From an uncultured Candidatus Berkelbacteria bacterium (GTDB lineage Bacteria > Patescibacteriota > UBA1384 > UBA12157): a stretch of 64,000 nucleotides of DNA. The notes below the pieces were generated by a model. The model did not search any database, had not been told where the DNA came from, and saw only the letters and a program-made list of their open reading frames with translations. This document shows positions 11,197-20,416 of the stretch, piece by piece. Each line of letters begins with the position of its first letter. Within the stretch, counting starts at the first letter, position 1. The stretch is from assembly GCA_903877885.1 (NCBI GenBank), contig CAIRFN010000002.1, positions 1,734-65,733 of the forward strand. The letters are read 5' to 3'. The position numbers and the translations under genes are program-made.

Positions 11197-11610
11197 ATGA
11201 AACCAGGGTTTTGCGTTACAGTCGTCTTGGCGTCAATAACCAATATCGTTTGCACCTTAGTTTACTGTTTTGGTCATGGTTCATTACTATGGCTATCCGC
11301 CAGTTTAATGACTGATTTGGTTTTAATTATCGTCGGCACTGCTTGCTTAAAAACCCAAAAAATTATTCGGTATGAATATGTTTTAGATGAAATTGCTAAA
11401 AGAGTTAATGCGAATTGGCCAACCTGTTCGCAAATCAGTCAGACATTAATTAATCATATTACAGAGATTGGTTTGATGGATAATCAGGCTGAAATCGATT
11501 ATGCTTTAGGTCAAATTGTGGCTCAAGCCGAACTTTTAGATCTGATTGGTTATGAGGACCATTCAGCGGAAACCATTGATCATTTTGTAAAAATGGCTCG
11601 TGATTATTAA
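11197..11610 (+). CDS. hypothetical membrane protein
   Basis: 137 aa. N-terminal TM segments. Putative TTGGAC-18-TATAAT promoter upstream. Confidence 0.5.
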   Translation: MKPGFCVTVVLASITNIVCTLVYCFGHGSLLWLSASLMTDLVLIIVGTACLKTQKIIRYEYVLDEIAKRVNANWPTCSQISQTLINHITEIGLMDNQAEIDYALGQIVAQAELLDLIGYEDHSAETIDHFVKMARDY

Positions 11611-11682
11611 ATCTCACTCGGCCCTGCATTTGCGGGGTCTTTTTTAATTAAATTTATGATATGATAAATACAAAGGAGCGGA

Positions 11683-12054
11683 ATGATTACATATTTTTCG
11701 TGGTGGTATGGCGAGGCTCTCACAAATTATTTGATTGCCATCAAAGTAATGGTTGGCAAAGTTTACTCATTTTTTTCGATTCGAGTCTTAATTAAAACCC
11801 TTTTTGATCCTTGGAAACGCGACGCTTATTCAGTCGAAAATGCTTCACTCCAAGCTCGAATGAAAATCTGGCTCGATAATATGATCTCTCGATTAGTCGG
11901 TTTTGCAGTCCGACTTTTTACGGTTTTATTAGGATTGGCCGCAATCTTATTATTTTTCGTACTTTTATTAGTCGGACTTCTGGTTTGGCTGGCTTTCCCA
12001 ATTTTGGTTTTAGGATTAATTATTAATGGTGCGAGGATAATGATCAATGGCTAA
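11683..12054 (+). CDS. hypothetical membrane protein
   Basis: 123 aa with hydrophobic C-terminal helices. Overlaps the start of the downstream Clp ATPase by 8 nt. Confidence 0.5.
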   Translation: MITYFSWWYGEALTNYLIAIKVMVGKVYSFFSIRVLIKTLFDPWKRDAYSVENASLQARMKIWLDNMISRLVGFAVRLFTVLLGLAAILLFFVLLLVGLLVWLAFPILVLGLIINGARIMING

Positions 12055-14467
12055 TTTTGATTTTGTTAATTCTACAAGTTACAAAGCTTGGCGCACAAAA
12101 AAAGATTTTGCCCAGACTTTTATAATCATGACCATTATTATGGTTGCTCTTTTGGTTGTCAGTTTTGTCTTAATGTTTCAAGGCACGACCATGTTTTTGG
12201 GTCTTGGCCAAGTTGTTTTAGGTTTAGTGATTTTGGTTGAAAGTTATTTGGTTGCGGCGCGCTATGCTACCACGCCAGTTAAAAATAGTCAGAATTTGGC
12301 TGATCGCTTTTCGCCAAGTTTAATCGAATCAATGGATCAAATCTATGCCAGCGCTCAACAAGAAGGCTTGATCGAAATTACTCCAGCCTATTTTTTTGAA
12401 AAAGCGACCTTGTTTATCGAAGGTCTAATTATATTTAACCGGCTAGGATTGCCGTTTTCCAAAATTAATGCGGTTAAACAAAAAGTCATGACGCCTAAAT
12501 TTTCCGCGGATTTTGTCAATATCATTTCGACAATAAATACGCCTGGCTTAATTGAATCTGAAGATTTGTTGGAAAAAGTAATTGAAAGCTCGCCGCAAAT
12601 TCAATCGTATTTAGCTGACGCCAAAATTAATCAAAAAGATTTTCAAACAGTTTTGAATTGGGTTCGCCGAATGAAAAAAGAATCAATTACACCGAAATTT
12701 TACCAGCAAGCTAATGTGATTGCCGGCATTGGTGAAGACTGGTCTTATGGTTACACACCGATTTTATCGCAATATTTGACTGATCTGTCATGCTATTTTC
12801 AAGATCCGAACTACACGATTGATGTTTTTAGTCACTCTAACAAGCTCGATGATATTCAAAATATTTTAGCTAAGCCTTCAAAAAACAACTGTTTATTAGT
12901 AGGCGATCCAGGTGTGGGCAAGAAAACGATTGTAAATGCTTTGGCGGCCAAAATTGCTCACGGTGATTGTTTGAAACCCTTGAAATATAAACGAATTCGC
13001 CAAGTTGATGTCGGCCGTCTTTTGGGCGGTGATTTGGGCGAACTAACCACCAGAATCAATAATGTGATGGTCGAAGCGATTAATGCCGGCAATATTATTT
13101 TGTTTTTTGATAATTTCCAGAGTTTGATTGGCGGTAGTGGTGCCGAAGTCGGCGGCGCCGATGCTTCGCAACTTTTGTTGCCATTTTTGGAAAATTCGCG
13201 AGTTCGAATTATTGCTTCGGTTACACCAGATGATTATTTTTCGCGGATTCGAAATAACCAGGCCATTGCCGAATCATTTGAAAAAATTGATATTGAACCG
13301 GCTAATATTTCCGATACTGAAGGAATTTTACTCGATTATATTGGCAATGTTGAACATCAATATAATATTTATTTTGATTTTCAGGCTTTGAAAACCGTTG
13401 TTAGCTTAGCCGATCGTTATGTTCACGATGTGCCTTTTCCGGAAAAAGCTTTGCGTTTAGTCGAAGAAATCTCGACTTCTTTGGGGAATACAGGCAAGTT
13501 AGCTTTTATTTCGCCTGAAGATGTCGAAAAGTTTATGTCTAAAAAAGTGAATGTGCCGATTGGCCAAGCTCAAGAAGGGGAGAAGACTAAATTATTAAAC
13601 TTAGAAAATATTTTACACGCCCGAGTGGTTGGTCAAGAAGAAGCGATTAATGCCGTGTCCGACGCGCTTCGTCGCGTTCGAGCAGGCCTCACTGCTGGTA
13701 AACGACCGGTTGGTGTATTTATGTTTTTAGGTCCAACTGGTGTGGGTAAAACCGAAACCGCTAAAGCCTTGGCCGAGTCGTATTTTGGCAGCGAAAAAAA
13801 TATGATCAGGTTAGATATGTCGGAATATCAACAGCCAAACTCAATCGATCGATTATTGGGTAGTGCCACCAATCCTTCAGGAATTTTAACCGATGCGATT
13901 TTAGCTAATCCATTTAGTTTAATTTTACTTGATGAAATTGAAAAAGCGGACAAAAATGTTTTGAATGTTTTCTTGCAAGTTTTTGAAGACGGCCGCCTCA
14001 CTGACGTTCGCGGCCGAGTTTCGGATTTTACCAATGCGATTATTATTGCGACTTCTAACGCTGGGAGCGAATATATTCGCGAAAATGTTGGTCAAATTAA
14101 TGCCAGTCAGCTCAAAGAAAATTTGATAAATAAATTACAACAAGATGGCGTTTACACTCCGGAATTTTTAAACCGTTTCGACAGCGTCATTGTTTACCGA
14201 CCACTTTCGATTATCGAATTAACCAAGGTGGCTAGCTTAATGATCGCTGATATTAATCAAATGCTAGTCGAGAAAAAGGTGAGTGTCACGATTGAAAAAG
14301 ACGCACTTCAAAAACTGGTAGAACTTGGTAATGATCCGCAATTTGGGGCGCGTCCAATGCGGCGGGTAATTCAAGAAAAAATCGAAAATTTGTTGGCTAA
14401 AAAAATGCTGGCAGGTGAAGTCGCCGAAGGCCAGACTTTAAATGTGACTTTGGCTGATTTGGGCTAA
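12047..14467 (+). CDS. membrane-anchored Clp/Hsp100-family AAA+ ATPase (ClpA/ClpC-like, two AAA modules)
   Basis: N-terminal TM hairpin (residues about 25-75), then Clp_N-like repeats. D1 Walker A is GDPGVGKKT. D1 Walker B is ILFFDNFQ (Asn in place of the catalytic Glu). D2 Walker A is GPTGVGKTE and D2 Walker B is LLDEIEKA. No ClpB-type middle domain. Confidence 0.85.
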   Translation: MANFDFVNSTSYKAWRTKKDFAQTFIIMTIIMVALLVVSFVLMFQGTTMFLGLGQVVLGLVILVESYLVAARYATTPVKNSQNLADRFSPSLIESMDQIYASAQQEGLIEITPAYFFEKATLFIEGLIIFNRLGLPFSKINAVKQKVMTPKFSADFVNIISTINTPGLIESEDLLEKVIESSPQIQSYLADAKINQKDFQTVLNWVRRMKKESITPKFYQQANVIAGIGEDWSYGYTPILSQYLTDLSCYFQDPNYTIDVFSHSNKLDDIQNILAKPSKNNCLLVGDPGVGKKTIVNALAAKIAHGDCLKPLKYKRIRQVDVGRLLGGDLGELTTRINNVMVEAINAGNIILFFDNFQSLIGGSGAEVGGADASQLLLPFLENSRVRIIASVTPDDYFSRIRNNQAIAESFEKIDIEPANISDTEGILLDYIGNVEHQYNIYFDFQALKTVVSLADRYVHDVPFPEKALRLVEEISTSLGNTGKLAFISPEDVEKFMSKKVNVPIGQAQEGEKTKLLNLENILHARVVGQEEAINAVSDALRRVRAGLTAGKRPVGVFMFLGPTGVGKTETAKALAESYFGSEKNMIRLDMSEYQQPNSIDRLLGSATNPSGILTDAILANPFSLILLDEIEKADKNVLNVFLQVFEDGRLTDVRGRVSDFTNAIIIATSNAGSEYIRENVGQINASQLKENLINKLQQDGVYTPEFLNRFDSVIVYRPLSIIELTKVASLMIADINQMLVEKKVSVTIEKDALQKLVELGNDPQFGARPMRRVIQEKIENLLAKKMLAGEVAEGQTLNVTLADLG

Positions 14468-14571
14468 TTTTCATCTACTATCTTTTAATTATATTTAGCT
14501 GTACAATTAAATTATATTAAATTAATATTGTTCGAACTCGCCAGCGAGAACAATCATCTACAGGAGGGGAA

Positions 14572-16755
14572 ATGTCATTTCTAAAATCAACACGTCAAAA
14601 AGTTTTATTATCAATCATCATCGGCGTTTTAATTATCGCGCTGGGAATTTTTGGTTATCTTTGGCAAACCGGAAAATTAAAATTTTCTGCTAGTACTATA
14701 GCAACGCCGAAGGTTTTTAACTATGTTATGTCAACAACCGATACAAGTAAATACGATGCCGCAAGCACTCTTGTCACTGACAGTGGCTACATTAAACTTA
14801 ATGTTACTGCTAGTCCTTCTAGCGTTAAAACCATCTCAACAACTGTTAGCGGAATACAAAATCAATCAGAGTTGAGTGAATGGATTCTAGTCACATCTGG
14901 TGCAACGACTCCGCTTAAAACCGCACCGGTGGCTAATGTAATTAGTACTTTGAATCGGACACCAAATAGTTTCGACAACAACAACAATATTACGGCTTCA
15001 AAATCTTTTACTCATCCGATCGTTCTAACTTTAACGCCACAAACCTTACCTGTTGGAGCAGTAATCAGTAATATTAACGTTTATGCATTGAAAAATAACA
15101 GCGGTCTTAGTGGAAATGATTTAAATATGATATTATCGAGCGATTACAATGTAGCCCGAAATTTTACTGTGTCTCCTCAAGGCTGCGCTGGTACAAATAC
15201 TGTCTGTAATATCGACTTTAACAAAAACTACAAAGCTGGAGCACAATCTCCTTGGACAGCGGCCGATTTGAACACGCTTTATTTGTCAATCATACCGACA
15301 ACCGTGTCTAGTTCTTCTATCAGTATGATTCAAGTAACTATCACTTATACCAATCCATTTAGTGCGGTTACTACCGGTCTTATTGCCCCGACTAATGCTA
15401 ACTTTAGCGATTCTGGTAATACTTTAACTGCTTGGCAAACAGTTAAAGTCGATAAGCTTTTAATTCCGATGTTGCCTTCATCGGCATCAGCTTCTGCTCA
15501 AATCCAGTGGTTTGCTGGTACCCAAGCTAATATCGCGGCTGATCTGGCTTCGGTCAAATTGACGAATAGTTTATTAACTACCTGTAAGAGTAGTTGTTCA
15601 TCAGCGATTACTATTGGCTCCACAGCCGCTCTGAATCTAACCAATAGTCCGGTGGGGCAGTATGGTGCCTATGCTATTAAATTCTATGTTTCCAGCTTAT
15701 TGCCAACCTCTTTGCAAGTTGGTCAAAATCTAACTGTATCCGCCGCCGTTCCAGCGCCAGTAGCAATTTGTCCGGTAAATTTAACAGTTAATCCTACTAG
15801 TCTAGGGGTTAATGAGAGTATTACTATTACTGGTACTAATTTTAAAACCAGTGGTGTCGCTTATAGTGTTTATATGATGAAATCAGATGGATCGTCGACT
15901 ACTAAAATTAACTTATCATCAGTTATAGTTTCCTCAACAATGAGTATGATCGCGGTTATACCACCTAATGTGAGTATCGGCAATTATTATATTTATGTTC
16001 AAGATCCAACTTGTTCTGCTACTAAATCAAGTAATGTCCTTAATATTCATGATAGTTGTAATCTTGATGCCACTTTCCAAAGTAGCCTGAATGCAGCGCT
16101 TCAACCAGTCATTGCTAGTGTTTTACCGGCTGGTATCAGTTTAGGTGATTTAAATCTTGGAACTGCTTTGAGAGATAGCCAGACTAAAATGTCAAATACG
16201 CCAGTTGTTTTAACTCCCGCCGAAATCGTAAAGCTTAAAAATAAAACTTTTACATCTGATGACGTTAAGAATGTTAGTCTTCGTTTTTTTAATACCGGCA
16301 CTCAACCGATGCAAGTCTATTTTGCCGGACAAGTAGAGAAACAATTCCTTGATATTGGCCAAAATATGAATTCAAAACAATGGTATAAACTATACCAATA
16401 TTATAATGATTATACGACTTACAAATCTTTTTATGATAGTGTTAATAAGCAAAGAATTCTTACCACACCAGCCTATACGGTTACGGCTAATCTTGGAGGT
16501 CTAAGCGGCGCCACTATTCAAGCAGTCAATAATTCCTATACACTTACTGTCAATCCGAATCTTTCCGCAACTTATGCTTGTCATGCTATTACAGGGTCGA
16601 TCAATTGGTCAATTCGTGGTAATTTGAATACTAAAGCCCAGGCAGTTAATATTTCTTATGGTGGTGTTACTTATAAAGCCTTTAGTATTAGCTATGATGC
16701 GGGGGTTTCCAAATCAAATCCAACGATTAATTTGCAATATATTTCTCCGCTATAA
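14572..16755 (+). CDS. large Ser/Thr/Asn-rich secreted or surface protein with signal anchor and IPT/TIG-like segment
   Basis: 727 aa. N-terminal hydrophobic anchor, low-complexity S/T/N-rich sequence, and ITITGTNF (IPT-like). Confidence 0.65.
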   Translation: MSFLKSTRQKVLLSIIIGVLIIALGIFGYLWQTGKLKFSASTIATPKVFNYVMSTTDTSKYDAASTLVTDSGYIKLNVTASPSSVKTISTTVSGIQNQSELSEWILVTSGATTPLKTAPVANVISTLNRTPNSFDNNNNITASKSFTHPIVLTLTPQTLPVGAVISNINVYALKNNSGLSGNDLNMILSSDYNVARNFTVSPQGCAGTNTVCNIDFNKNYKAGAQSPWTAADLNTLYLSIIPTTVSSSSISMIQVTITYTNPFSAVTTGLIAPTNANFSDSGNTLTAWQTVKVDKLLIPMLPSSASASAQIQWFAGTQANIAADLASVKLTNSLLTTCKSSCSSAITIGSTAALNLTNSPVGQYGAYAIKFYVSSLLPTSLQVGQNLTVSAAVPAPVAICPVNLTVNPTSLGVNESITITGTNFKTSGVAYSVYMMKSDGSSTTKINLSSVIVSSTMSMIAVIPPNVSIGNYYIYVQDPTCSATKSSNVLNIHDSCNLDATFQSSLNAALQPVIASVLPAGISLGDLNLGTALRDSQTKMSNTPVVLTPAEIVKLKNKTFTSDDVKNVSLRFFNTGTQPMQVYFAGQVEKQFLDIGQNMNSKQWYKLYQYYNDYTTYKSFYDSVNKQRILTTPAYTVTANLGGLSGATIQAVNNSYTLTVNPNLSATYACHAITGSINWSIRGNLNTKAQAVNISYGGVTYKAFSISYDAGVSKSNPTINLQYISPL

Positions 16756-16786
16756 AATCACAAGGAGAAAATAAAAGTGAAACCAA

Positions 16787-16809
16787 AATACACCTCCGAG
16801 GTGTATTTT
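16787..16809. terminator. bidirectional terminator
   Basis: AAATACACCTCCGAGGTGTATTTT. Belongs to a family of ACACCyNCGrGGTGT hairpins also found at 8762, 22913 and 48057. Confidence 0.7.
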
Positions 16810-16842
16810 GGTAATAATTTGATCGATAATGTAATTAGAGAT

Positions 16843-17259
16843 CTATTTTTTAATTTCCACCTTATCACCAATCTTAAAATCGGAATTGGCGTTGAGTTCG
16901 AGAACTAAATTAGCTTTTTGTTTTGGTTGATATTGAGGAATATTATTGGCGGTTTGTGGTTGTAAGGTGGCGATATCAACAATTCTATTATCTTGAATCC
17001 AAATAATATCTAACGGAATTTTGGTATTTTTCATCCAAAAAATATAAAAATCTGGTTTATCAAAAACAAATAGCATGCCTTTATTATGGTCTAAATGATC
17101 GCGGTTCATTAAACCATAGGCGCGCTCGGCCTCTGTCTTGGCAATTTCTACCTCAAAAGTTTGGTTATTAATTACAACTTCGGTTTTTTTGGGCTTTAAT
17201 AATATTACCAAACCGATAATAACAAGGACAATTAAAATTGCTGGTAAGACTTTTTTCAT
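16843..17259 (-). CDS. DUF192 domain protein
   Basis: N-terminal signal anchor. GLMNRDHL...GMLFVF...FWMKNTKIPLDIIWI matches the DUF192 (COG1430) signature. Confidence 0.8.
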   Translation of the reverse strand: MKKVLPAILIVLVIIGLVILLKPKKTEVVINNQTFEVEIAKTEAERAYGLMNRDHLDHNKGMLFVFDKPDFYIFWMKNTKIPLDIIWIQDNRIVDIATLQPQTANNIPQYQPKQKANLVLELNANSDFKIGDKVEIKK

Positions 17260-17330
17260 GATTTAATTATATCAAGATCTTGAAATTTAGCCAAAGATTT
17301 GTTAGAATAATAATATCAATTAATTTTTGT

Positions 17331-17407
17331 GGGCGATTAGCTCAGCTGGTTAGAGCGCGTTCCTGATAAGAACGAGGTCATTGGTTCGAGTCCAATATCG
17401 CCCACCA
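17331..17407 (+). tRNA. tRNA-Ile (anticodon GAT)
   Basis: GGGCGATTAGCTCAGCTGGTTAGAGCGCGTTCCTGATAAGAACGAGGTCATTGGTTCGAGTCCAATATCGCCCACCA. Cloverleaf intact and CCA encoded. Confidence 0.95.
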
Positions 17408-17440
17408 CGAAACTTATTGAAAGTACTAGATACAATTTGT

Positions 17441-17908
17441 ATGACTATAGGTCCACATGCTTTAGCGGGAGCAGCTGCCGCGACAATCACATCAAACTAT
17501 TATCTGGCCTTTATTTTTGGTCTTATTTCGCATTTTATTTTGGATATGTTGCCGCATTTGGAGCCAAAATCGTTGATGACGAAAGAGAAAGATGGGACAA
17601 AAAAATGGTCCATTTGGCTTTATGTTTTTGTAATTGTGGAAATAAGTTTAACCGTTTTTGTTTTTTATTTTCTTCGGCATCGACCGGATTTCAATCTTTT
17701 GCTAGTTGGCGCTTTTGGTGGGCTAATGCCAGACATGATCGTTAACAATCCCTTTTTGCAGTTTTTGCGAAATAAACCAGTTATCAAGCATTTATTTTGG
17801 TTTCATGATAAAATACATATTGACCTACCAGATAAATATTGGCCAGTTAGTTTGATTGTCGAAACATTATTAATAGGAGGGTTATTATGGAACTTTTTTG
17901 GAAAATAA
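17441..17908 (+). CDS. hypothetical His-rich membrane protein (YdjM-like?)
   Basis: Multi-TM protein with HFILDMLPH and FWFHDKIH motifs. The ORF-track start at 17381 overlaps the tRNA, so the first ATG downstream (17441) is used. Confidence 0.45.
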   Translation: MTIGPHALAGAAAATITSNYYLAFIFGLISHFILDMLPHLEPKSLMTKEKDGTKKWSIWLYVFVIVEISLTVFVFYFLRHRPDFNLLLVGAFGGLMPDMIVNNPFLQFLRNKPVIKHLFWFHDKIHIDLPDKYWPVSLIVETLLIGGLLWNFFGK

Positions 17909-18090
17909 TCGTTTTAATTGCCTCGATTTTTGCTTGTATCGGTGTGATTAAATATCGGTTACAAATGGTTAATATTTTCGGTAAAGCCTATTATGCCGAA
18001 AAATATTTAGGCCCTGGCGGTAGTTATACTATGTGGATTTTAATTGGCATTTTAATGGTTTTTATGGCCGCCACTTGGTTGTTTAAATAG
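17887..18090 (+). CDS. small membrane protein
   Basis: 67 aa with two TM helices. Overlaps the upstream gene end. Confidence 0.4.
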   Translation: MELFWKIIVLIASIFACIGVIKYRLQMVNIFGKAYYAEKYLGPGGSYTMWILIGILMVFMAATWLFK

Positions 18091-18099
18091 GAAGAATAT

Positions 18100-18172
18100 G
18101 GGCCCGTAGCTCAGTTGGTAGAGCAACTCCTTTGCAAGGAGAAGGTCGGAGGTTCGAATCCTCTCGGGTCCA
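18100..18172 (+). tRNA. tRNA-Ala (anticodon TGC)
   Basis: GGGCCCGTAGCTCAGTTGGTAGAGCAACTCCTTTGCAAGGAGAAGGTCGGAGGTTCGAATCCTCTCGGGTCCA. No encoded CCA. Confidence 0.95.
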
Positions 18173-18194
18173 AAGCTTTTAAATTTTTTTAAAT

Positions 18195-19250
18195 ATGAAT
18201 CAAGATCCAGCTAATTTATTCAAAAATCCCCTAAAGTTTAATGCTAAAAACATTATCATTTTAGTTTTGCTTTTGGTCGGCTTATACTTTTTACTGCCAA
18301 AATTAGTTGGTCTAGAACAAGCACTCAAACTCTTGCGCCATATCAACAAATTTTATTTACTTCTGGGAATAGTTGCTGAGATCATGAGTTTTATCGGTGC
18401 GGCTTGGCTATTGGGAATTATCTTTACTCAACTTGGTCATAAACTACCGTTTTTTACTCGGTTTAAATTGGGTTCGATTGCCGCTTTCACTATTCATTTT
18501 GTGCCTTTGGGTGCTGCCGGCGAGGCCGCTTTTGATTATTATTTTTTGCGCAAACAAAGAGTTGATTCTGGTTCGATTATTCTGATGTGGATTTTGCGCT
18601 GGATTTTTACCTATGCCGGTTTTTTCCTGGTTTTCCTTTTTGGCCTCATGTTAGTGCCAACTTATCCAGATTTAACCTTTTCGCCAAAATTTATTTCGCC
18701 GATTTTGCTGATCGCTATTTTGGGCGCGGTTTTTTACTTGGTTTATATTTATCGGCATAAAGATAAATTCTGGCAAGTTTGGAGTAAGCTTTTTAGTTTT
18801 GCTAATCGAATTATCAAAAGGTTTAAAAAAGAACCATTTGCCGAAGACAAGAAAAGAGAAGTTTTTGATGATATCTATGAAGGTATTGGCTTATTTGGCC
18901 GCAAAAAGAGAAGTTCAATTTTGGCAATTTTGGCCGGTATGCTTTATTGGCTTGGTGATATTACTTGTTTCTATTTTGTCTTTTTGTCGTTTGGCTTCCA
19001 TATTGGTTGGGGTATGTTGATTTTTAGTTATTGTATTTCCACAGTTTTGGGCATTATTTCGGCTGTACCCGGCGGTATGGGCGTAACCGAAGGCTCGATG
19101 GCTTTGATTTTAACCGGTATGGGCGTACCAGGCGCATTGGCTTTAACTGCCACTTTAGTTTTCCGTTTGTTCTCCTATTGGGTCTGGATTCCAGTCGGAT
19201 TTTTTTCCTATTTATCACTTAGAAATCCTAAATTAGAAAAGAATCAATGA
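18195..19250 (+). CDS. UPF0104 / lysylphosphatidylglycerol-synthase-TM-like (flippase-like) membrane protein
   Basis: 351 aa, about 8 TM helices. The K..L..INKFYLLLGIVAEIMSFIGAAW pattern is typical of UPF0104. TGA stop overlaps the next ATG (ATGA). Confidence 0.65.
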   Translation: MNQDPANLFKNPLKFNAKNIIILVLLLVGLYFLLPKLVGLEQALKLLRHINKFYLLLGIVAEIMSFIGAAWLLGIIFTQLGHKLPFFTRFKLGSIAAFTIHFVPLGAAGEAAFDYYFLRKQRVDSGSIILMWILRWIFTYAGFFLVFLFGLMLVPTYPDLTFSPKFISPILLIAILGAVFYLVYIYRHKDKFWQVWSKLFSFANRIIKRFKKEPFAEDKKREVFDDIYEGIGLFGRKKRSSILAILAGMLYWLGDITCFYFVFLSFGFHIGWGMLIFSYCISTVLGIISAVPGGMGVTEGSMALILTGMGVPGALALTATLVFRLFSYWVWIPVGFFSYLSLRNPKLEKNQ

Positions 19251-20416
19251 AAATATTGATTGCCACTGAAAGTTTTTACCCGAATATTTCTGGGGTGGCG
19301 GTTTTTAGTTATAATTTAGCCAAAATGTTGGCCCAAAATGGCCACGAACTTTATGTGATTGCGCCGAGTACAAATGGCGATTTTTATTTTGAGAAAATCG
19401 ATCAAATTAAAATATATCGGTTAAAATCGCGTCAAAATCCTTGGCGCAAAGGCCATTTTATTTCCAAAGCGCCTTTCAAGAAAGTCGCTCAAATTATCAA
19501 TGAAGTAAAACCGGATGTGATTCATCTTCAAGATCCAGCGGCGATTTCTTTAGCTACGTTACTGGTTGCCAGACGTCAGAAAATCCCCGTCGTGGTGACT
19601 AATCATTTTTCTTTGGATTATGTTGTCAGTTACCTAAAATGGCTTAAACCGATTCATTTTGTGATTAGATTTATTTTAAATACTTATTTGGGTTGGTTTT
19701 ATAATCGGGCACAGGTTTTAACTTGTCCTTCCAAACAAATCGCTGATTATTTTACTGACCGTCATTTAAAATCTAAACCAATTGTGATTTCCAATGGCGT
19801 TGATTTAGGTCGTTTTATGCCAGAATATGGTGATCGGGAATCGGTTTTAAATCAATGGAAAATTCCTGCCAATAAATCAATTTTGCTTTATGTTGGCCGA
19901 CTCGATGTAGATAAAAACATTGAGATTTTACTTCGAGCTTTGCCAAAAGTTTTAGCCAAAAAACAAATTCAATTATTATTAGTTGGAGAAGGTAAAATTA
20001 TGAATCAAATGAAAGATCTGGTTAAAGAATTAAAAATCGAACCAAATGTAACTTTCACTGGTCAAATTGATAATCAAAATAATAATTTACCAAAAATTTA
20101 TCAAGTTGCAGCAATTTTCATCAATCCTTGTCCGATTGAAACTCAAGGTATTGCGGTTTTGGAGGCGATGGCTTCGGGATTGCCAATTGTCGCCGCCAAC
20201 GGCGGGGCTTTGCCGGAACTGATTAAAGATAGCGAAAATGGTTATCTTTTTAAATCTGATGATAGTGCCGATTTAGCGCAAAAAATTATCCAAATTTTAT
20301 CTGACAGCAAATTAGCGCAAAAAATGGGTCAAAAAAGTTTGGAAATTGTGGAAGCTCACAAGGTTGAAAATACTTTTAAGGAATTTGAAAAAATATACGA
20401 AGGATTGAAAAAATGA
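19247..20416 (+). CDS. GT4-family glycosyltransferase
   Basis: C-terminal E..G..VLEAMASGLPIV motif and a GT-B fold. ATGA overlap with the next gene. Confidence 0.85.
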   Translation: MKILIATESFYPNISGVAVFSYNLAKMLAQNGHELYVIAPSTNGDFYFEKIDQIKIYRLKSRQNPWRKGHFISKAPFKKVAQIINEVKPDVIHLQDPAAISLATLLVARRQKIPVVVTNHFSLDYVVSYLKWLKPIHFVIRFILNTYLGWFYNRAQVLTCPSKQIADYFTDRHLKSKPIVISNGVDLGRFMPEYGDRESVLNQWKIPANKSILLYVGRLDVDKNIEILLRALPKVLAKKQIQLLLVGEGKIMNQMKDLVKELKIEPNVTFTGQIDNQNNNLPKIYQVAAIFINPCPIETQGIAVLEAMASGLPIVAANGGALPELIKDSENGYLFKSDDSADLAQKIIQILSDSKLAQKMGQKSLEIVEAHKVENTFKEFEKIYEGLKK

